From contig JBCCQY010000044.1 of assembly GCA_039208735.1 (NCBI GenBank), positions 1 through 63,356 of the forward strand: 63,356 nucleotides of DNA, given 5' to 3'. A program made the position numbers and the translations under genes. The notes beneath the pieces were generated by a model. That model had not been told where the DNA came from and did not search any database. It saw nothing but the letters and a program-made list of their open reading frames with translations. Of the stretch, positions 55,917 to 63,356 are shown one piece after another; positions within the stretch are counted from its first letter, which is position 1; the number at the start of each line of letters is the position of its first letter. The stretch is from Myxococcota bacterium. GTDB taxonomy: Bacteria; Myxococcota_A; UBA796; GCA-2862545.

Positions 55917-58310
55917 TTAAAGGGCGGTGGCCGCATCGTTGCACCGTCGCAGGAGCTGCCGGGCCGAGGCTTCGAATTGGGGATGCGTGAGCAGGGACGA
56001 ACGTCGGATCTGAACCACGCACGCTTCCGGGCGCTCCACCTCGAGCAGGAGGCGAGCGTGTTCGAGACGGCTCGTGGGATGCAGACCCCGGGTGCTGAGC
56101 TCGAGCGAGAGCTTCTCGACCAACGCAAGGGCTGCCGTTGGACCATCAGCCCGCTTTCGCGCGCGAATCGCATCCAGTTGATGGACGGGCTCGGTTTTGG
56201 CCACTTCGATCCAGGCCGAGGACGCCTCGCGAAACCGCCCTTGCCGTTCCCGGAGCGTGGCGCGCAACTTGGCCAACCGGCCGTCATGGGGCCGAGCCGC
56301 CAGGGCAAGCCGCAGCTGCAATTCGGCTTCGGGGAGACGCTGCAGTTCGACAAGCAACCGGATTTGACCCGGATCGACATAGCCGTCGGCCACTCGCGCC
56401 TGTTCAAACGCCACAATCGCAGCTTCAGGGTCGAGCTCCGCGAGCGCGTAGCCCATGCCGCGAGACAAGCGAGCCGGCCGATTGGCCACGGCATCCACCC
56501 AGGCCAGGCCCTCGGGCAGGCGGGCCCAGGCCCGACGAATGTAGTGCGATGGGGCCCCCCGACGAATGGCATCCAACCACGCCTCGGCCACCTCGGCCGG
56601 TCGGTGCACCTCGGCGATGACGGCTCGGGTCATCCACTGTCGCCAATCCGTCGGATCGCGCTCGACGGATCGGCTGATGACCTCCCATGCCTGGGCGGCC
56701 GCTCCCGTCCGCGCGAGCACCTGGGCGGCCAATCGCTGGGCTACTGGATTCTCGGGATGGGCGTCAATCACGTTCTGCGCCTCCCCAAGCGCCGCCTCGG
56801 TCTGGTTCGCCGCTTCGAACGACCAGGCCTGGTACAGGCCGATCTCAGGCCGCCACGGAGCCACGGCAGAGAGCCTCCGAGACGCAGCCCCCGCCTCGTG
56901 ACTGTGGGCCAAGACCTGGCGAACCGCAGGCTCCTCCAGAGCGGTGCGAGCCGTCCATCCCGCCATCAGCAGCTGCACCCCTCCAACGCCGATGAGGGCC
57001 CCCCGAACACGGCCGGCGTCCGTGGGGAGCCGTGACCGGTTGCCCACATGGAAAAACGCGAACAACGCAGCCGCCACCATCGCGATGCCCGGAATGTGCA
57101 GGGGGAACTCAACCAACGCGTGTAGCGCCACCCCCGACACCCCCAACCACATCCAGCGAGCGCGCTCGGGATGCCGTGGCTTCGGTTGACGCCACAACCA
57201 CCACGCCAGAGCCCCAAGCCCGACCAGGCCGACCACTCCTGTCTCGGCGACCCACTCTAGCCAGTCGTTGTGGGCATGATCCCAGGTGACGTAGTCCAGG
57301 TCTGTGCGGTAGGCGTTGATGGCCTGACGGTAGGTGCCTGCGCCAGAACCGAAGATCGGATGGTCCAGCCACAACGCCAAGGTCGCCCGCCAGAGATCCG
57401 TGCGCCCGTGCTCGGAGAGTGGGTCAAACGCCACCAAACCGACAACGGCAAGGATGCCCAATCCCACCACGGCCGCCCACGGAACCAGCCTTCGCAGGGC
57501 CCCTACCACGAGCGCCACTCCCAGGGCCACCACCAGCGCGCCCAAACTGCCCGTCCAGACAAAGAGCGTGACACTGGCAAGGCCCAAGCCCAGGGTGGCG
57601 AGCCGTCGCATTGGCGGGGCCGCGGCATCGACCGTGCCATCCACCAACAGGGGCCACGACAACAGCAGTAGCGAGGCCAGGTGGTTGTCGTTGAGAAAGG
57701 GCGCGAAGAACCGGTTGGGGGGACGGACCCAGGTGTCGACAAAGCCATAAAGGGTGGTCAGCCCGACCGTCGCGTGAAACAGCGCGGTACCCACAACCAC
57801 GACCGTTGCCGCCAGTGCGATGGGATCGAGGGGATGGCGACGGGAGCGGCTCGCAGCCCAGACGCCCGTGAGGACCATGGCGCCCCCGATGAGCCCCATC
57901 CACGTGATGGCGTCCAGGGTGCTCGCGGCCGACCATGACAACGTATGCCACCGGTCCGGGGCCGCCGCTGCGGTCCCTGGTTGGACCCAAGCCAGCACGA
58001 AACCAGGCAACGGCACCAGTCCCCCCGCCATCACGAGGGTCGCACCGGCCCATACGAAGCCCAGTTCCACCACTCGCCCCGAGCGCCCAAGCACGATGTC
58101 GGGCTGGGCTACGGCCAGCCCTGTCGCGACGACGAGCAGGCCATGCAGGAGCGCACGGGTTGGAGGATGCACTCCGCCAAAGCCCATCACGGCCACGCCA
58201 AGCCCGAGGGTCAAGGCAACCCCGAGCGCGGTGGACCGGCGAACGTCCTCGCGGCGGACCTCAGTCCGTCGCGGCCGGCGTTGCCGGCTCGTCCTCCGCC
58301 CCGTCGTCAT
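55917..58310 (-). CDS. O-antigen ligase/Wzy_C family membrane protein with C-terminal TPRs
   Basis: Multiple TMs; PFLNDNHLA, R..LW, HPIFGSGAGTY, HAHNDWLEWVAETG, HALVEFPLH. Start uncertain. Confidence 0.85.
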   Translation of the reverse strand: MTTGRRTSRQRRPRRTEVRREDVRRSTALGVALTLGLGVAVMGFGGVHPPTRALLHGLLVVATGLAVAQPDIVLGRSGRVVELGFVWAGATLVMAGGLVPLPGFVLAWVQPGTAAAAPDRWHTLSWSAASTLDAITWMGLIGGAMVLTGVWAASRSRRHPLDPIALAATVVVVGTALFHATVGLTTLYGFVDTWVRPPNRFFAPFLNDNHLASLLLLSWPLLVDGTVDAAAPPMRRLATLGLGLASVTLFVWTGSLGALVVALGVALVVGALRRLVPWAAVVGLGILAVVGLVAFDPLSEHGRTDLWRATLALWLDHPIFGSGAGTYRQAINAYRTDLDYVTWDHAHNDWLEWVAETGVVGLVGLGALAWWLWRQPKPRHPERARWMWLGVSGVALHALVEFPLHIPGIAMVAAALFAFFHVGNRSRLPTDAGRVRGALIGVGGVQLLMAGWTARTALEEPAVRQVLAHSHEAGAASRRLSAVAPWRPEIGLYQAWSFEAANQTEAALGEAQNVIDAHPENPVAQRLAAQVLARTGAAAQAWEVISRSVERDPTDWRQWMTRAVIAEVHRPAEVAEAWLDAIRRGAPSHYIRRAWARLPEGLAWVDAVANRPARLSRGMGYALAELDPEAAIVAFEQARVADGYVDPGQIRLLVELQRLPEAELQLRLALAARPHDGRLAKLRATLRERQGRFREASSAWIEVAKTEPVHQLDAIRARKRADGPTAALALVEKLSLELSTRGLHPTSRLEHARLLLEVERPEACVVQIRRSSLLTHPQFEASARQLLRRCNDAATAL

Positions 58311-60396
58311 AGTACCGGTCGTATCGATAGCCATAGCCGTAGGAGTACTTGTAGGAAGTGCGACTCCTGCCGAAGTCCACCGCATTGACGACCACGCCAA
58401 AGACCGCGGCGCCGACCTGTTCGAGGCCTTGGATGGCTTCACGCACGAGCACGCGTGACGTGGTGTGTTCGCGAACCAGCAGCACCACGCCGTCGACGTA
58501 GCGAGACAGCAGTCGCGCATCGGAGAGCAGGACCGAGGGCGGAGAGTCGATCAAGATCAGGTCGAACTCTTCTTGCAGCTCATCGAGCAGCTTGCTGAAT
58601 GCAGGCGACGCCAAGCGCTCGTTGGGACGCTCCCCGCCGCGTCCGCTGGCGAGGAAGTACAGGTTGGGCACAGGCGTCGATTTCACCGCCTCTTGGCGCG
58701 TGGTCTCACCATCGAGGATCGTGGTAAGCCCGGGCTCCCGTTCCTGTTCAAAGATCTTGTGGATGCGTGGTTTTCGAAGGTCGCCATCCACCATGAGGAC
58801 CCGACGATTCAGGTTGGCGAAGGCCACCCCAAGCCGCACGATGGTCGACGTCTTGCCCTCCGCACTCACCGCCGACGTCACCAAGAGCCGCTCGAGAGGC
58901 TTGCCGCCAGCGGGGGCCAGTTCGAGCACGGTTCGGATGCCACGAAGGGCCTCCGCGATGGTCGAACGTGGGTTCTCGTGGGTAAACAGGGCCAGATCGG
59001 TCTCGTCGTTGGTCTGTTCGATCTTCGGAACCATGCCGAGGAAAGGCACTCGCAGAAACGTGCTCACTTCGAGAGGGGAGCTGATGGTGTCGTCGAGGTA
59101 CTCGCGCAGCAACCCAAACGAGAGCCCCAACAGCAATCCGCCGCCGAGGCCCACCGCCAAGTTGAGCACCACACTCGGCTTCACGGGGATGTCCCTTGGA
59201 AGCGCGCCCTGGACGATGCGCACGTTGTTGAGCTGCGTCTTGGACTGCAGATCCAGCTCGTCTTTCCGTTGGCCAAGGCGTTTGAAGAAGTCTTTGGCTC
59301 GCTCGAGTGCAAGCCGCTTTTTGAGGTACTCCTCTTTGCTTGCCTGGCTGACCAGGAGCTGGTCCTTCAGCCCCCCGATCTGCTCGGTCAGCTTTCGGTC
59401 TCGGTCGCGCAGCTTTCGCCACTTGGCCCATTCGCCGGCCAGCGTGCGTTTGACCTCGGCGTCGATCTCGCTTTGGATGCGTTCTAGCTCCGCATCGGCC
59501 GCCCGACGCTCGGGCATCTTCACCCCAAGGTTGGCCGCAATCCGCGCCTGCGCGGTCGCCGCACGGGCGTAGTCTTGGGTCAACGCCACGATGAGGGGCG
59601 TGTTCATGTCCTTGGCGAGCTGCGAGGTTTCCCCTTTCTGAAACAACCGCTCGTAGGTACGAACCTTGGCTTCTTGTTCCGCGAGTTCGGTTCGCGTTTC
59701 CCCAATGGCGCGGTTCAGACTGTCCATCGTGGCGGAACGCGACGTGAGTTCCTCTTCGACATCGGCCATGTCGTTATCGCGCTGGAACGTCCGGAGTTGC
59801 TCACTCGCTTGGGCAATCTCCTCCTCTTTGTTCCGAAGTTGCTCTTGCAACCACACCTTGGCCTCGACCGCGGCATCCGTGAGCGCATCCAGGTTCTTCG
59901 CTTGGTACGTTTCGGCCACGAGGTTCGCGAGGCGGGCCGACATCTCCGGAGAGGAAGAAGTGATCGCGATGTCGACGAGTTCGGTGCCTTGGCGAACCTT
60001 CACCTCGATCATCTCTTCGAGACGAAGCAGCCCATCGGCGTCGGCCCGCAGGTCGTCCCCCGTCGCGAGCGCCTCGTAGGCTTGCAAGACGTCAAACCGC
60101 ATGTCCCGCGATCGAATGATCTCGATCTGCGTCTGGACGAAAATTTGCCGGTTCCAACGGTGGTACTGGTCAAGATCGACCACGCGATCCGTGCGCAGTT
60201 CCTGGCCCGCCATGGTGGAGAGGTGGAGGACCGCCGAAGAACTGTAGTACCGCGTGGCCACGAGGCTGTAGCCAAGCGCGATGATCATCGTGCACGCCAC
60301 GCTCGCGATCACCACATTGCGCTGCATCTGGACGATCGCCCACAGGTCGCCAAGGCTAAGCCCGGCTGCCGAATCCCCTGTGGGTTGCTCATTCAT
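58261..60396 (-). CDS. wzc: Polysaccharide co-polymerase/BY tyrosine kinase (Wzc/GumC-type)
   Basis: Two TMs with coiled coil between; TSAVSAEGKTS, VDGDLRKP, IDSPP; Tyr cluster SYKYSYGYGYRYDRYY. Confidence 0.93.
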   Translation of the reverse strand: MNEQPTGDSAAGLSLGDLWAIVQMQRNVVIASVACTMIIALGYSLVATRYYSSSAVLHLSTMAGQELRTDRVVDLDQYHRWNRQIFVQTQIEIIRSRDMRFDVLQAYEALATGDDLRADADGLLRLEEMIEVKVRQGTELVDIAITSSSPEMSARLANLVAETYQAKNLDALTDAAVEAKVWLQEQLRNKEEEIAQASEQLRTFQRDNDMADVEEELTSRSATMDSLNRAIGETRTELAEQEAKVRTYERLFQKGETSQLAKDMNTPLIVALTQDYARAATAQARIAANLGVKMPERRAADAELERIQSEIDAEVKRTLAGEWAKWRKLRDRDRKLTEQIGGLKDQLLVSQASKEEYLKKRLALERAKDFFKRLGQRKDELDLQSKTQLNNVRIVQGALPRDIPVKPSVVLNLAVGLGGGLLLGLSFGLLREYLDDTISSPLEVSTFLRVPFLGMVPKIEQTNDETDLALFTHENPRSTIAEALRGIRTVLELAPAGGKPLERLLVTSAVSAEGKTSTIVRLGVAFANLNRRVLMVDGDLRKPRIHKIFEQEREPGLTTILDGETTRQEAVKSTPVPNLYFLASGRGGERPNERLASPAFSKLLDELQEEFDLILIDSPPSVLLSDARLLSRYVDGVVLLVREHTTSRVLVREAIQGLEQVGAAVFGVVVNAVDFGRSRTSYKYSYGYGYRYDRYYDDGAEDEPATPAATD

Positions 60397-60493
60397 GCGC
60401 GCTCCTCGCCGACCGATAGGCGGATACGCGACCCCAATCGGCCAACGCTCCGTCGCGTTGAGCTGGCCCCGGGAAATTCCGCAAGGAGCTTCC

Positions 60494-61414
60494 ATGAACC
60501 CTTTCTTTCGCGCATACACGGCCGCACGGGTCCACCTGCTTCGGCCGGTGATCCGGGTTCGCGGCGCGTTGCTGCGCCGTTTGTCCCCCGCACCCGCCCC
60601 GCGGCTCGACACCAACCTCGATGAGATGCCGATCCTCGTGCTCGGGTGTCATCGATCGGGCACCTCCCTGCTCAGGCGATGCCTCAACAGCCACTCGCGC
60701 ATTGCGTGCCCGGCGGAAACGCTGTTTCTCGAGTCGCTGTCGGCCATGCTGGAGTATCCGGACGCCGACAAGGGGCTTGCCGCCATCGACCTGTCTCGCC
60801 AAGCCGCCGCCGCCGATCTTCGGAAGCTGGTCGACAAATGGATGCGCGGTCATGCGGAACGGCAAGGCAAGCCCCGCTGGGCCGATAAGTCGCCGGGCGT
60901 GCTCGCCCATCTCGACGGTCTCGAGCGGCTGATGGGCGAAGAGGCCCGCTACGTGGCCATCGTGCGTGACGGGATGGACGTGGCGTACTCGCTCGGCTCC
61001 GCCAGACCGCGCTGGTGGCAGTTGGCACCCTTCGTCGAAGCCGATGACGACCTGTTCCTGGCCGCGGCTCGGTATTGGGCGGACCGGAATCGCAAGCTGC
61101 GCGCGTTCGTCGATGCGCACCCCACCCGCGTCCATGTCCTTCGCTACGAGGTGCTCATCCGGCACCCCGAAGAGACGCTGCGGGCGGTGTTTCGCTTCCT
61201 GGGCGAGGCCTGGGAACCCGACATCCTCGACTTCAACCGCCACGGCCACGTGCACGGTCTCGAAGATCACCATGTCAGCACGACCACGACCTTCGAGGAC
61301 AACACCGGCAAGCACCGGCGGCTCGCCCAACCTCAGCAAGTCAAGATGTGGGACATCGTGGCGCCGACGATGAAGGCGTTTGGCTACGACGACCGAACCT
61401 ACGCGACCGTCTGA
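60494..61414 (+). CDS. PAPS-dependent sulfotransferase
   Basis: AAGGAG RBS; GCHRSGTSLL, WADKSP, IVRDG.DVA.S, RYE.L..PE. Confidence 0.9.
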   Translation: MNPFFRAYTAARVHLLRPVIRVRGALLRRLSPAPAPRLDTNLDEMPILVLGCHRSGTSLLRRCLNSHSRIACPAETLFLESLSAMLEYPDADKGLAAIDLSRQAAAADLRKLVDKWMRGHAERQGKPRWADKSPGVLAHLDGLERLMGEEARYVAIVRDGMDVAYSLGSARPRWWQLAPFVEADDDLFLAAARYWADRNRKLRAFVDAHPTRVHVLRYEVLIRHPEETLRAVFRFLGEAWEPDILDFNRHGHVHGLEDHHVSTTTTFEDNTGKHRRLAQPQQVKMWDIVAPTMKAFGYDDRTYATV

Positions 61415-61418
61415 CGGT

Positions 61419-62036
61419 TCACGCCTCGGTGCCCATGAACTCGGGCATCGACGCATGCCCTTCAGCACTCACCGCCCGCCGCTGCGCCACCACCGTCAGG
61501 GTCCGCCACAGGATCGCCAGGTCGAGCCCCAAGCTCCAGTGGTCGACGTACCACACGTCATGTTCGAACTTCGTGGCCCAATTCATGGCATTACGGCCGT
61601 GGATTTGCGCCCAGCCGGTGAGTCCCGGCATCACCTCGTGGCGTCGCCGCTGAATCGCGTCGTAGCGAGGCAAGTAGCGCTCGAGCAGCGGCCGAGGCCC
61701 CACAAGCGACATCTCGCCGCGCAACACGTTGAACAGCTGCGGCAGCTCATCCAAGCTGGTCGCCCGCAAGAACGCTCCGAGCCGCGTGATGCGGAGGTGG
61801 TCATCATCGGGAGAGGCGTCCGCCGGACCTGGCTTCATCGTACGAAACTTCCAGATCCGGAAGGTTCGCTCTCGATGCCCGACGCGGGCCTGACGGAACA
61901 AAATGGGGCGACCCATCGTCGCGTAAATCGCCACCGCCACCGTCATCATGACCGGAGCGGTGAACGTCACTGCGGGAACCGCAACGGCTAGATCGAGAAT
62001 TCGCTTGAGCGCGCGCTGGCGTCCTGACTGCGGCAC
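61419..62036 (-). CDS. Priming sugar (phosphoglycosyl) transferase, PglC/Bac_transf family
   Basis: GGAGG RBS; KRILD, KFRTM, SLDELPQLFNVLRGEMSLVGPRP, PGLTGWAQ. Confidence 0.93.
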   Translation of the reverse strand: MPQSGRQRALKRILDLAVAVPAVTFTAPVMMTVAVAIYATMGRPILFRQARVGHRERTFRIWKFRTMKPGPADASPDDDHLRITRLGAFLRATSLDELPQLFNVLRGEMSLVGPRPLLERYLPRYDAIQRRRHEVMPGLTGWAQIHGRNAMNWATKFEHDVWYVDHWSLGLDLAILWRTLTVVAQRRAVSAEGHASMPEFMGTEA

Positions 62037-63356
62037 GAAGACCTCCGGCGTGCCACAAGGAGCGCACCTAGCCAGAACGGTAACCACAGCCCACTTGAAG
62101 CAGGACTCGTTGAACACGACATCCGCTCGTAGGTGGGGAGCGGGGGAAGGGGTTCGCAAGCCGCATCATCGGTGTTGTCGAGCCGATCGATGATGCCATC
62201 GCAGTCGGCATCGGCATCAGGCTCCGACCCGTCGGGCACCCCGTCATCATCGGAATCCACGTCGTACGGATCGAGTACCCCGTCGCCATCGGTGTCAAAC
62301 GGCCCTTCCACTACGGTCGGAATGGTGTCGCCATCGTCGTCTTCGTCGAGCGCATCAATGATTCCGTCGTTGTCGGTATCGCGGGGCTTCAACGGATTGC
62401 CGACTTCGAACCCATCTGTAAACCCATCGTTGTCGGTGTCGACGTCAGCGGGGTCGGTCATCACAAGCTCTTCTTCGAAATTCGTCAGCCCGTCTCCGTC
62501 GCGATCGAAGTCTGCGCCATCCCAGTCCTCGCGGTCGAGGTAGTCAAAGATGCCATCCCCATCGCGATCCCGTTCAAAATCGCCGTTGGGGGCCTCGACG
62601 GAGGTAGGAATTCCGTCACCGTCATCGTCGGGGTCGAGGGGATTGATGATGCCGTCCCCATCTGCATCGACCAGAATGACCCCGTTGTACTCAATCCCAT
62701 CGGGCACCCCGTCCCCATCCGTGTCGGGATTCAGGGGGTCGGTCATGAGGTCCGCTTCGATCGAGTTGCAGATGTCGTCGTTGTCGTCGTCCCCAGGGTC
62801 TTTGCACGGCTGACAGATGAGCGAATCGATCACGCCATCGCCGTCGAAATCGCCCGCTTCGTCGCTATCGCGTCGGCCGTCGCCATCACTGTCGAGGTCA
62901 AGGTAGTTCTCAATGCCGTCAGGCACGATGCCCAGCTTCACACAGCTCGGATGCTCTTCGGCTTCCCCCGTGCCCTCTTCCAACGTGCTGATGCCATCGC
63001 CATCGTCGTCCAGATCGACGATGTCCCACAGGGAATCGCCATCCGTGTCCATCTCGTCCCACTCGACAATGTCGGGCACCCCGTCGCCGTCGCTGTCGTT
63101 CGAGCAGTCGTCGGCTCCCTGCGAGAGTTCTTCGGCCCACGAGATGTCGTCGTCATCGAAGGAGTCGTCGGGCCCGCCCTCACCGTCACAGTTGTCGTCG
63201 ATGCCGTTGCAAATGTCGGGGGCATCGGGGTTGATCGCGTCGTCGAAGTCCACGCAGTCCCCGAGATTGTTGAGGCCGGCCTCCCCCACGTCCGTGCACT
63301 CGAGGTTGCCACTGTTGACGAACCCCGTGACGGCCCCGAAACCATCGCCGTCGGCA
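61988..63356 (-). CDS. Cell-surface protein (5' end outside the window) with a Cys/Asp metal-binding motif, thrombospondin type-3-like Ca-binding repeats and a MYXO-CTERM-like tail
   Basis: DC.D.D.AINP.A.DICNGIDDNCDG; many D.DGDG(V/I)PD repeats; C-terminal CSTSPASSGLWLPFWLGALLVARRR. Confidence 0.85.
   Translation of the reverse strand, partial: ADGDGFGAVTGFVNSGNLECTDVGEAGLNNLGDCVDFDDAINPDAPDICNGIDDNCDGEGGPDDSFDDDDISWAEELSQGADDCSNDSDGDGVPDIVEWDEMDTDGDSLWDIVDLDDDGDGISTLEEGTGEAEEHPSCVKLGIVPDGIENYLDLDSDGDGRRDSDEAGDFDGDGVIDSLICQPCKDPGDDDNDDICNSIEADLMTDPLNPDTDGDGVPDGIEYNGVILVDADGDGIINPLDPDDDGDGIPTSVEAPNGDFERDRDGDGIFDYLDREDWDGADFDRDGDGLTNFEEELVMTDPADVDTDNDGFTDGFEVGNPLKPRDTDNDGIIDALDEDDDGDTIPTVVEGPFDTDGDGVLDPYDVDSDDDGVPDGSEPDADADCDGIIDRLDNTDDAACEPLPPLPTYERMSCSTSPASSGLWLPFWLGALLVARRRSSCRSQDASARSSEFSI

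Noticed and set aside
62130..63300. Repetitive CCGTCGCCATC/GTCGTC DNA as a CRISPR or tandem DNA repeat
   Set aside because: Explained by Asp/Gly-rich calcium-binding protein repeats; no constant repeat-spacer structure
1..63356. tRNA, rRNA, CRISPR array, prophage or integron
   Set aside because: None recognised by eye; intergenic gaps are short. A covariance-model scan would be needed to exclude small RNAs

Overview
GC-rich chromosomal window, most likely from a Myxococcota bacterium (MYXO-CTERM-like tail, Ig-like/vWA lipoprotein, eukaryotic-type kinase fold, sigma54 promoters). The most striking element is a ~15 kb multiheme-cytochrome locus (2671-17695). It holds an ~11-heme lipoprotein, a di-heme-b-like membrane protein, and a ferredoxin/NAD(P)H flavoprotein with a Thr-motif linker and TPR tail. 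Converging on these is an operon of pseudokinase, 27-heme cytochrome, 8-heme lipoprotein and putative beta-barrel. Both minus-strand cytochrome units have a sigma54-type promoter with the same motif about 50 bp upstream. The window also contains the right part of an IS3-family element, an MBOAT gene, mutM, adk, two Thr-type sulfatase-like genes, a midasin-like AAA+/vWA pair with N-terminal tandem repeats, a LytS/LytTR system, a cytochrome P460-family lipoprotein and an ATP-grasp pair (one gene with an in-frame TGA). At the right end is a surface-polysaccharide locus: Wzc, O-antigen ligase, sulfotransferases, a priming sugar transferase and a TPR-FAAL-SGNH-ACP fusion. No rRNA, tRNA or CRISPR array was seen. 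All calls come from reading motifs by eye with no database searches. Several start codons were re-chosen from RBS or signal-peptide evidence and are approximate.
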